Shown here in pieces: positions 48,205 through 58,702 of a DNA stretch of 64,000 bases. This stretch comes from Macrostomum lignano (Eukaryota). Position 1 is the first letter of the stretch. Each line of letters opens with the position of its first letter. The notes below the pieces were generated by a model. It did no database searches. It was not told the origin of the DNA and was given only the letters and a program-made list of their open reading frames with translations. The position numbers were made by a program, and so were the translations under genes. The DNA is taken from contig NIVC01000112.1 in assembly GCA_002269645.1 (NCBI GenBank), positions 16,696-80,695 on the forward strand, read 5' to 3'.

Positions 48205-49274
48205 TCCTGAGACTGGTTTAACCATGCGCAGTGCACGAACGGACGGAATATCAAACCCATATCGGGAAGAGGTTGAGTTCAGCGGGGAAGGGCAGTGAAA
48301 GAGACGGCTGTGTTTGAAGGTGGACGGATGGGGGAAAAAAGGGAAGAGGAGATGGCAAATGGGAGAGGCTGAAGGCCAGAGAGCAGTCGGTAGAGAGTGA
48401 GAGCAGCCGGCAGCTCTGCGCGGACGAAAGTGCATGTGCGTGCGCAACACGCACGGCCAAATCCCACTTTGGCAAAGCATCTCGTGAATGCGGAACTCCG
48501 CAGAGGGGATAGCGGACGGAAAAAGAGGATGGAAAGAGCGGAAGACCAGGAAACTGAAAAAACAAGGATGGCGCTGGCGCGTATTGAGAGAAGCGAGTTG
48601 GGAAGCGGGTGCGTGTGCCCGCCCGCCGCCAATGAGATAAAAATAGCACTGCCCGTTTCCTGACTTGATGTAGTGCGGCGACTCAAGTTGACGCGGAATG
48701 AAAAATATCCCCTATGGGTAGGCGCCCAGAAAAGGGACAAAAAAACTGGGATAAGGCAAATCGCGTTGCAGTATTATCGGGTGTTAGAGGGGGATGGGTT
48801 CCTGTGCTCACGGCCCACGCAGCTCAGAACTGGCAGTGTTTGGCCTCTGTTCCGTTCACGCAGCAGTTTAAGCAAACAAATGACGTTAAAAGCGTCCACG
48901 TAAATACGTAAAGCGATGAAGCTGCCAGCATCAGCACTATTCCGCTATGCGGGGATAGAAAGACGGGGGGGGGGAAGGCAGGAATGGCTAATCCTATAAA
49001 TAAAAATCTACGCCAAATCCATAAGGACCGCCCAATTAGTCACTGCAGCTTGGAGCTGGTTGCAGCTGGTTTCTCCTCGGCTCAGCCAATTTTTTCCCAG
49101 GCTAATGACGCACAAGGAGGACCTCCAGGGACCTCCTGTAAGGCTTGATTTGATCGCCTCTCCTCTCTACGACTATAGTCTTTAAATAAACCTGCTTGTG
49201 CTGTGCGTGCCAGTCCCCGATGGGCTCCAAGAAGTCATGTTGTCAAGTTTGCTGCATAAATTTGTTACCGTTTC

Positions 49275-49670
49275 TACCTATTCACTTCTTCCACCTACGG
49301 CCCCTTTCACCTTATCCACTCCTTTCACCTATCCGCCCCTTTAACCTATCCACTTCTTCCACCTACGGCCCCTTTCACCTTATCCACTCCTTTCACCTAT
49401 CCGCCCCTTTAACCTATCCACTTCTTCCACCTACGGCCCCTTTCACCTTATCCACTCCTTTCACCTATCCGCCCCTTTAACCTATCAACCTCTTCCACCT
49501 ATCGGCTTCTTTAATCCTATCCACCCCTTTCACCTATCCGCCCCTTTAACCTATCAACCTCTTTCACCTATCGGCCCCTTTAATCTTATCCACCCGTTTT
49601 ACCTATCCGCCCTTTCAATTATCCGCCCCTTTCACCTATCCACCCCTTTCACTTATCCGTAACTTTCACC
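49275..49670. repeat. ~17-bp CT-rich repeat organised as a 68-bp higher-order unit
   Basis: CACTTCTTCCACCTACGG recurs at 49283, 49351 and 49419. Confidence 0.85.
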
Positions 49671-52392
49671 CCACTAAAACCACCACCAATTATATCAGCC
49701 TTTCCGCCCTTCATCCGCTCTTTCCATCGACCCATATACCGCCAACACTTTAATGTATCTGGAAAAATTCTCAGCTAAAATCGATTAAAAATAATAAATA
49801 ATATATCGTGCGCACACACGTATTTGATCAAAAATTGGCTGTGGAGTAGTGAAGACTCGTCTTGCCGATGCAAGAGCTTTAATTTTCAGTCACAGCCATT
49901 ACTTTCTGCTTTTTCAACAAAAATTTACGCATTCGATGAAAGCTAGGCTTAAGATTAGGATTAGTATTAGACTGTCGGATGCCGGAGGATGGCTTAAAGC
50001 TGACAGAAATGCCTCACACTTTTTGGCAAATCGCGTGATTTTCCTGCAGTCTAGCTTGATGCAATGGAATAGGGTTCCTGAATATGACGCTGCACGCTTC
50101 CCCGGACGACTTTCGAACTCGATATCAGCTGCGTCTCTTAAAACAAGGCGTGCCGCGTGTGACAACAAAAAATGGAGAAATTTTTGCCTCCGAGTTTTTA
50201 ATTTGATACAAAAATGTATAAGCAGAATTGAAGTTTAAAGAAATAGGACGAAATTTTTTTGTCTGTACAACAGTATTAAATGCACCCAGCAGCCTTTGAA
50301 TTAATTCACTATATCTGATCACCAGTGGCTTGTGCAACCGCGGGGGGGGGGGAGGGGCAGATGGACATGTCTCCCCACCCCCAGCAAAAGCGCGCTATAT
50401 AGGGGCCGGGGGGAAAAATGTTTTTACTATTTTCCAAGATTTTTCTACGAAGAATTGGAAAGAAATCTTTTTTGATGACGCGCACGCATCCGTAGAAAAT
50501 CTGGCTTCGATTAAAAAAACTGCTCATTGCACACCTGAATTGGAATGCTGCAGGTGTTTTAAGCACGGCGCCTTTGATGTGCCATGTTTTTCTTTCGGTG
50601 ATGTTTATAAAAGACAGAATCTTTTTAACTGGAGATGGATAATTGCTCCATCTCCGCTTTGAACCCAGATGGCGAGGGAAAGTCAAAGGATGCTTTTTTA
50701 AACAAAATTGGCTGCAACGATCTGCGACAAAAAAAACTGTGTGAAGAAATGCAGAAGTCTGCATGGTGCTTCCGATTGGAAAAATTGCATTAATTGATGC
50801 ATTTTTCTGTGAAAAATCCCCTATGCATCAATTTCGCACCTGCCATGGTCTTTTGCCCGCTTTTAGATCCCAAAGGCTGTGTTGACGGACCGTGCGCCAA
50901 TTTCGAAAGGCGCGATTTTTTGCAACCGGCACCTGCAACGTGATTTTGGCCACTTTGAACACTTACACTCACATGTTATCTGTAAGCATGGTAAATTTCG
51001 ATTCTGAGTTCGTTTTGTGCTGTCTTTTCTGTTATTTATAATCTGATGTTACTCGTGATGAAATTTTGTCATGTATTGTTTTACCTGCTACTAGTTGTTT
51101 ACCAAAATCTATTTCAATTCGCTATTCGCGAACTTAACTTTTGGAGCAAGATATTTACTGTTACGCTTGAGTCGTCCTACTTTAGCTTAGCAGTTCACTT
51201 TTAAGAACCTGTAGAGTTCAGGCTTACCAGACTCACGCATTGTTAGTTCTGTGTAAAACTTGGAGTTCATCATAACAGTAAGAAAAAAACAATTTTACTC
51301 TCTAAATTCAAAGGCCAGGCCACACGGAATACGTAGAAAATCTTAAAGCTCGCTTCGAGCTTCCAGCAGACTCTGCCCAAAGTATAACAAAATAATTATA
51401 AGCTTTCCATTTTACACACATCTCAGAACTTCGCAAGTTCGCACAAACATTCGATTCGCTTTATAAGCTAACTTAAAACTTGCAACTAAACCGAATCGAA
51501 TGGATGGCTACAAGAACTCCACCACAGACCACAGGGCAAGAATGCCGCAAGAATAAAATAAAACCATTTCGAGCTCAGCTTGAGATTAAGTGGAGCATTG
51601 GAGCATTGCCTGCTTGCTTGCTGCTTCAAATCTTTCACCTAGTTGCTTAAAAATTTGATCACCGTGGGGGCCGACTAAAACCTACCCCACGCTGCGCTGC
51701 TCGGCTTCAATGCTACACTTCATATTTTTTTCTTGACAGAAATAGCTGGTTAAGAATGCTGGGCTGCAGAGAATTAAATTGCGTTACCGGCCTGCGCCCT
51801 GCGGAAAGGTAACTATAATGTGTATGCGTACGCTAGATTGAGGTAAATGGAGGCGGAGGAGAGGAGGCTATGAGAGGGCGGCCCGCCTCGTTTAGCCGAT
51901 GCGTCATCTTTGGCAGGCTTGTTTTTCTTTCTCTTATTAAAATGAAGATTTCTTTCTCTCCCATTCAAGCTTTAGTTTGATCTATCGTCGCATTTGCGGG
52001 TGGGGCAGGCAGGCTCGGTCCTGTAGTGGACTCGTGCGCCTTGGCCGGGTCGATGAAAGCCGCGTCCAACCTCATAAAACTTAGCCAATTAACACAGTGG
52101 GGTGGGATTGAAGGGCCATGTCTCTCCGCATTCAGTCGTGGGCTGGGTCTCTCCTATTTCCAGGCTTGGTGTGGTTCCGTTCTGGACAGAACAGAAACAG
52201 CGGGGGTTGTGGGGTTCAAGTGTACGCGCTGGGGCAGGGGACTCTTCAGCTCTCCCCTCCAAGCCCCACCCATAATGTACAATCGACCCGTTGAAATATC
52301 TATCCGCCGCAAACGCTCCACCCAGCCCAAGTGAGGGGCCACTTATTTGCAAGAGGGGGTAAGAGAGAAAGAGGAGAAAAGGGACCCCAGTC

Positions 52393-52400
52393 TATAAAAA
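52393..52400 (+). promoter_or_regulatory. Orphan TATA box in a CpG-rich stretch
   Basis: TATAAAAA followed by a GC-box-like ccgcgccccgcc. No recognisable CDS downstream. Confidence 0.35.
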
Positions 52401-53764
52401 CCAAGCCCAGCCGCGCCCCGCCAAGTGTGCGCGTGCTTCGGTGGCTGCCTTTCTCTTCTCCCTAGTTAGTTCGTGTGCCATTTAGTTAAGCTTCAGTATA
52501 TCATGTGACTTGATTATTTTTAAAACAAGCTTCTCTTTGCCCTTGTGTCGTTTTAACTTTTGAATTTAGACCTGCAGTTAGCTGCGAAGTTGTCTGCCCT
52601 CTGCTTGTGCCGCCAGCTACCGCTGCTGCTCGCTTAGCCTCAGACGGTTTTTTAACACCAGTTGGTTGTATTAAATTTTCTCATTTGATCTTCGGATTCG
52701 TCCCACGGCCACGGGCCACGGTTAGTTCTTACCAGTTGTCAGTTTTTTGTCCCATTTCCCGGCCTGTTTTTTAAACACGACACCGCAAGGCTTTGACTGC
52801 GCCAGGCAAATCTTGTGTGAAACTTACTTGCCAACGCATCAACTTGCTGCTTCATCAATGAATCTGACAGGCTTGCGGAGTACCAGTCTAGACTCATGCA
52901 GACTTCCACATGACTAGATTGCTACTCTTCAAGTACTTCAGACTGATCAACAGACAGACGGACGGTTGTTTTCTTGTTTATTACCCGGCCCCCTTGACTT
53001 TTTCAATGACTAACGTTCTAACCGAATTGCTTTGCTTATAATACTAACAGTCATACCAGCATTACATTACTAATTCTGACTCTGAGCATAATGTGGATTG
53101 TTTAAATTTAATTCATTTAATAAATCAACTTTAAAAAACCTTTTCAATGTAAGCCCCACTTGCACTACGTAGGAGTGTCGAGACCGCCCTTTCCTTTGTC
53201 ATGACTTTGGTGTAATTAGCTAAATCATTATAATATAGTAATACCTTAATCTTCTCGGCAATTTACAGTTAAAATAATTATTTTCAATGTTTCTAATTTA
53301 TCTAAAAAAAACTAGCAGATTAAAAAGTGCTGGAATTGCGCGGATTTCGGCCTTTTTAGGTATTGCTTCAAGGATCAGCACCGATTTAAGTTAAGTAGAA
53401 TTTTCATACGGATAAGGAAGCACAATTTAACGCGTATCATACTACTTACTTCAACCATTAAGTAGAACAGTACGTATCGTGAGTATAGAGTCGTAAAAAT
53501 CAATGTCCAATGATTTGAATATTAGTAGACCCGGGGATAGGGTAAGAGAAAATAATTCGAACCATGATGGGGAACTGTATCTGGCCAGAGACTGCTTAAG
53601 AGGAGATGCTAAGATGCCACTTGCATTCTTGGGTGTTTGGAGCTCCTGCAAAAAGAAATTTTTAGCCTTTGAAGCTACATGTACATCTACATCGCACTCC
53701 TGTATTTTAAATTATTTGAGGTTAAAATACATTTAAACATATTCAATAAAACTGATTTGAGTTT

Positions 53765-54995
53765 TTAATACCACTGCTCAAAGGGAAATTACTAAAATGC
53801 CACCGCTCAAGGGGAGGATGTTGAGATGCCACTGCTCAAGGGAGTAATTGCGATGCCATTGCTCAATGGGAGATGCTGACAGACGCCGCTGCTCAAGTGG
53901 AGATGCTGAGATGCCACTGCTCAAGGGGAGATGTTGAGATGCCACTGCTCAAGGGGAGATGTTAAGATGCCACTGCTCAAGGGGAGATGCTGAGATGCCA
54001 CTGCTCAAGGAGAGATGCTGAGATGCAACTGCTGAAGGGGAGATGTTGAGATGCCACTGCTCAAGGGGAGATGCTGAGATGCCACTGCTCAAGGGGAGAT
54101 GCTGAGATGCCACTGCTCAAGGGGAGATGCTGAGATGCCACTGCTCAAGGGGAGGTGCTGAGATGCCACTGCTCAAGGGGAGATGCTGAGATGCCACTGC
54201 TCAAGGGGAGATGTTAAGATGCCACTGCTCAAGGGGAGATGCTGAGATGCCACTGCTCAAGGAGAGATGCTGAGATGCAACTGCTCAAGGGGAGATGCTG
54301 AGATGCCACTGCTCAAGGGGAGATGCTGAGATGCCACTGCTCAAGGGGAGATGCTGAGATGCCACTGCTCAAGGGGAGATGCTGAGATGCCACTGCTCAA
54401 GGGGAGATGCTGAGATGCCACTGCTCAAGGGGAGATGTTAAGATGCCACTGCTCAAGGGGAGATGCTGAGATGCCACTGCTCAAGGAGAGATGCTGAGAT
54501 GCAACTGCTCAAGGGGAGATGCTGAGATGCAACTGCTCAAGGGGAGATGCTGAGATGCCACTGCTCAAGGGGAGATGCTGAGATGCCACTGCTCAAGGGG
54601 AGATGCTGAGATGCCACTGCTCAAGGGGAGATGCTGAGATGCCACTGCTCAAGGGGAGATGCTGAGATGCCACTGCTCAAGGGGAGATGCTGAGATGCCA
54701 CTGCTCAAGGGGAGATGCTGAGATGCCACTGCTCAAGGGGAGATGCTGAGATGCCACTGCTCAAGGGGAGATGCTGAGATGCCACTGCTCAAGGGGAGAT
54801 GCTGAGATGCCACTGCTCAAGGGGAGATGCTGAGATGCCACTGCTCAAGGGGAGATGCTGAGATGCCACTGCTCAAGGGGAGATGCTGAGATGCCACTGC
54901 TCAAGGGGAGATGCTGAGATGCCACTGCTCAAGGGGAGATGCTGAGATGCCACTGCTCAAGGGGAGATGCTGAGATGCCACTGCTCAAGGGGAGA
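53765..54995. repeat. 28-bp minisatellite (CTGCTCAAGGGGAGATGCTGAGATGCCA), about 43 copies
   Basis: Highly homogeneous tandem periodicity; an isolated diverged unit lies at ~53592. Confidence 0.97.
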
Positions 54996-55552
54996 TCGAT
55001 TTCGAACTCTAACTGTACCTGATTGTTTTTTAGTTTTTCTACATGTAACTGTACGAACTGTACTATACTATGAACCAAATTGTTTTGCGTCTTTCGCCAA
55101 AACATAAACAAGAATCGCCTGATACGAGGAGATGAGCCATACAGAATATCCGAGCGAATCGAGGAGATTCTGTCTATGCATGGCTCATCTCCTAGTATCA
55201 GGCGATTCTTTGTACATGTATGTAATCCACGGCATGTGCGACCCGAATATAACGCCTTATCTCCGCCGTTGCTTTGCTTTGCGTTGCTTTGTCTATGGTA
55301 GCGGAGTTACGCGCTACTGATTATCTCCGCTCATTAACACTGCGGAAATAGACGAGGCGCACAGGCAAAGTGGATTACATGTCAAGACTATAGGGTCAAT
55401 TTACGAAATGCTCTAAAGTGATATGTACATGTTCTATAGACATCGGAACCCGAAGAGTGCAATTTGAAAGTGATTTTGAAATACAGTTCTGCTTTCCCTT
55501 CCCCACCATTTACATGCAATTCCGGTATTACATAGTTTAAGGATTTGCATCT

Positions 55553-56926
55553 ACTTGTCCTAGTGTTTTGTCATAGTGTTTGTCCTAGTGTTTGTCCTAG
55601 TGTCTGTCTTAGTATCTGTCTTAGTGTCTGTCTTAGTATCGTCTTAGTGTCTGTCTTAGTGTCTGTCTAAGTGTCTGTCCTAGTGTCTGTCCTAGTGTCT
55701 GTCTTAGTGTCTGTCTTAGTGTCTGTCCTAGTGTCTGTCCTAGTGTCTGAGCTAGTGTCTGTTTTAGTGTCTGTCTTAGTGTCTGTCTAAGTGTCTGTCC
55801 TAGTGTCTGTCCTAGTGTCTGTCTTAGTGTCTGTCTTAGTGTCTGTCTAAGTGTCTGTCCTAGTGTCTGTCCTAGTGTCTGTCTTAGTGTCTGTCTTAGT
55901 GTCTGTCTAAGTGTCTGTCCTAGTGTCTGTCCTAGTGTCTGTCTTAGTGTCTGTCTTAGTGTCTGTCCTAGTGTTTTGTCATAGTGTTTGTCCTAGTGTT
56001 TGTCCTAGTGTCTGTCTTAGTATCTGTCTTAGTGTCTGTCTTAGTATCGTCTTAGTGTCTGTCTTAGTGTCTGTCTAAGTGTCTGTCCTAGTGTCTGTCC
56101 TAGTGTCTGTCTTAGTGTCTGTCTTAGTGTCTGTCCTAGTGTCTGTCCTAGTGTCTGAGCTAGTGTCTGTTTTAGTGTCTGTCTTAGTGTCTGTCTAAGT
56201 GTCTGTCCTAGTGTCTGTCCTAGTGTCTGTCTTAGTGTCTGTCTTAGTGTCTGTCTAAGTGTCTGTCCTAGTGTCTGTCCTAGTGTCTGTCTTAGTGTCT
56301 GTCTTAGTGTCTGTCTAAGTGTCTGTCCTAGTGTCTGTCCTAGTGTCTGTCTTAGTGTCTGTCTTAGTGTCTGTCCTAGTGTCTGTCCTAGTGTCTGTCC
56401 TAGTGTCTGTCTTAGTGTCTGTCTTAGTGTCTGTCCTAGTGTCTGTCCTAGTGTCTGAGCTAGTGTCTGTTTTAGTGTCTGTCCCAGTGTCTGTCTTAGT
56501 GTCTGTCTTAGTGTCTGTCCTACTGTTTGTCTTAGTGTCGGTCGTAATGCCTGTCTTAGTGTCTGTCCCAGTGTCTGTTTTAGTGGATGTCCTAGTGTCT
56601 GTCCTAGTGTCTGTTTTATTGGATGTCCTAGTGTCTGTCCTAGTGTCTGTTTTAGTGGATGTCCTAGTATCTGTTTTAGTGGATGTCCTAGTGTCTGTCC
56701 TAGTGTCCGTCCTAGTGTCTGTTTTAGTGGATGTCCTAGTGTCTGTCCTAGTGTCTGTTTTAGTGGATGTCCTAGTGTCTGTCCTAGTGTCTGTTTTAGT
56801 GGATGTCCTAGTGTCTGTCCTAGTGTCTGTTTTAGTGGATGTCCTAGTGTCTGTCCTAGTGTCTGTTTTACTGGATGTCCTAGTGTCTGTCCTAGTGTCC
56901 GTTTTAGTGGATGTCCTAGTGTCTGT
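55553..56926. repeat. 12-bp minisatellite (TAGTGTCTGTCY), more than 100 copies
   Basis: Direct periodicity; explains ORFs 56041-56964 and 56319-56930. Confidence 0.95.
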
Positions 56927-57204
56927 TTAAAGAGCCGGGCGTGTGCTGATGTACTACTGCTCATGAATTTTAAATTGTGCGCTTTCCTACATGTAACTCT
57001 AAACTAGCGTTTACCTCGATGTACGTGGCCTGTGTAGCACTCTCTTTCTCCCTTAGCATATCGATATTTAGTAATGACTTTGTTTTAAGCCTACATAGCA
57101 GCACAATCGCTACCTTTTTTGCTCGTCTCAAATATACAACTTCGCAAATGACTCAAGCTAAGCCTACGGGCAGCCTTGTCTCCGCTTACTGGGCGCTTAT
57201 TTGA

Positions 57205-57850
57205 CACTGTCTCTGCGTCTGTTCTTTGCGTCTGCCTTTGCGTCTGTCTTTGCGTCTGCCTTTGTGTCTGTCTTTGCGTCTGCCTTTGCGTCTGTCTCTG
57301 CATCTGTTCTTTGTGTCTGTGTTTGCGTCTGTTTGCGTCTGCCTTTGCGTCTGTGTTTGCGTCTGTTTGCGTCTGCCTTTGCGTCTGTCTCTGCGTCTGT
57401 TCTTTGTGTCTGTGTTTGCGTCTGTTTGCGTCTGCCTTTGCGTCTGTGTTTGCGTCTGTGTTTGCGTCTGTTTGCGTCTGCCTTTGCGTCTGTCTCTGCG
57501 TCTGTTCTTTGTGTCTGTCTTTGCGTCTGCCTTTGCGTCTGTGTTTGCGTCTGGTTGCGTCTGTTTGCGTCTGCCTTTGCGTCTGTCTCTGCGTCTGTTC
57601 TTTGCGTCTGTTTGCGTCTGTCTTTGCGTCTGTCTCTGCGTCTGTCTTTGCGTCTGCCTTTGCGTCTGTGTTTGCGTCTGTGTTTGCGTCTTTTAGTGTC
57701 TGTCCTAGCGTCTGTCTTAGTGTCCTATTTGTTTGTTTTTTGGCTGTTACTCGTAGTTTGATAGTATGTTTGTTTGTCTGCCTGTCTGTCTGTCTGTCTT
57801 AGTGTCTGTCCGTCTGTCTGTCTTTCTGCCTGCCTGCCTGTCTGTCTGTC
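57205..57850. repeat. 10-12-bp repeat (TGCGTCTGTYTT) grading into (GTCT)n
   Basis: Visible simple repeat; explains the LCVC/ASVF ORFs. Confidence 0.9.
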
Positions 57851-58150
57851 TGTTATTGTATCCGTCCGTCCACTTTTTTAGTGCTTGTCGGTGTGTATGC
57901 GATTTCTATATAATTCTATGTGACTGTATTTGATACGCTCGTAAATTTTAGCAATGTCGAGATTAAGCCACCCAAAAGAGAAACAACAAATGCAGCTTCC
58001 TAACACATACTTCATTTAAAATGCCATTTAAAAAACATTTCAACCTAATAACCAATTCCAGGGGTAATCGGCGAAAATAGAAATAAAATGGTGCAATAAG
58101 CAGCTGAGCTTTCCTGACAACTACGAGTCCCTGTTCAGCTCAATTAGCAG

Positions 58151-58561
58151 TTATCAGAGCGAAGGCTCCCAACGGGTCTCTCTCAAGTGCGCTTGCAATT
58201 GAAAATTTTCGTTTCCAAACTGTGTGCGCATTCAAATTCGCAGTGCGGTGTTATCATGTGGTTTCCATGGTAACCAACGGTCGCCGAGCCAGCTGATGCC
58301 ATGCAACGCCACACCGCAGTGACGTAAGTTAGCTAGCGCACAGAAGCTAACTAAACGTTTAGGACAGCCAGGTCAATTAGGGAACAGTAATCTTTTGACT
58401 GTTCAAACTTAAAAAGTTTGAAATCGTAGAAGAATTTAATTTCTTTCTGAAGTTTGCCGTTATCAAACAGAAAAGGCTGCAGCTCTGCTTCCAGTCAGGC
58501 AGCTGAATGCACTCTGTATCTGCGACCCTTGACTCTGAGATAATGGCAACTGCTATAAGAG
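58151..58561 (+). promoter_or_regulatory. Apolipophorin-like gene promoter: four GATA motifs, X-box, CRE-like site and TATA box
   Basis: TTATCA at 58151, 58251 and 58460; AGATAA at 58538; GTTTCCATGGTAAC at 58261-58274; TGACGTAA at ~58320; TATAAGAG at 58554-58561; ATG at 58703. Confidence 0.55.
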
Positions 58562-58702
58562 CACCTGGGGCTTAAGGCTTCTAGTCTTCCTCCAAGCCAA
58601 TTTTTTGCCAAGCAAAAAACCCAATTTTTTGGTGAATCGTTTCAAACACACAGCAATCTCGCCTACTTGCAGGCGAACAGTATTAAGCGTCTTTTACGAA
58701 CT

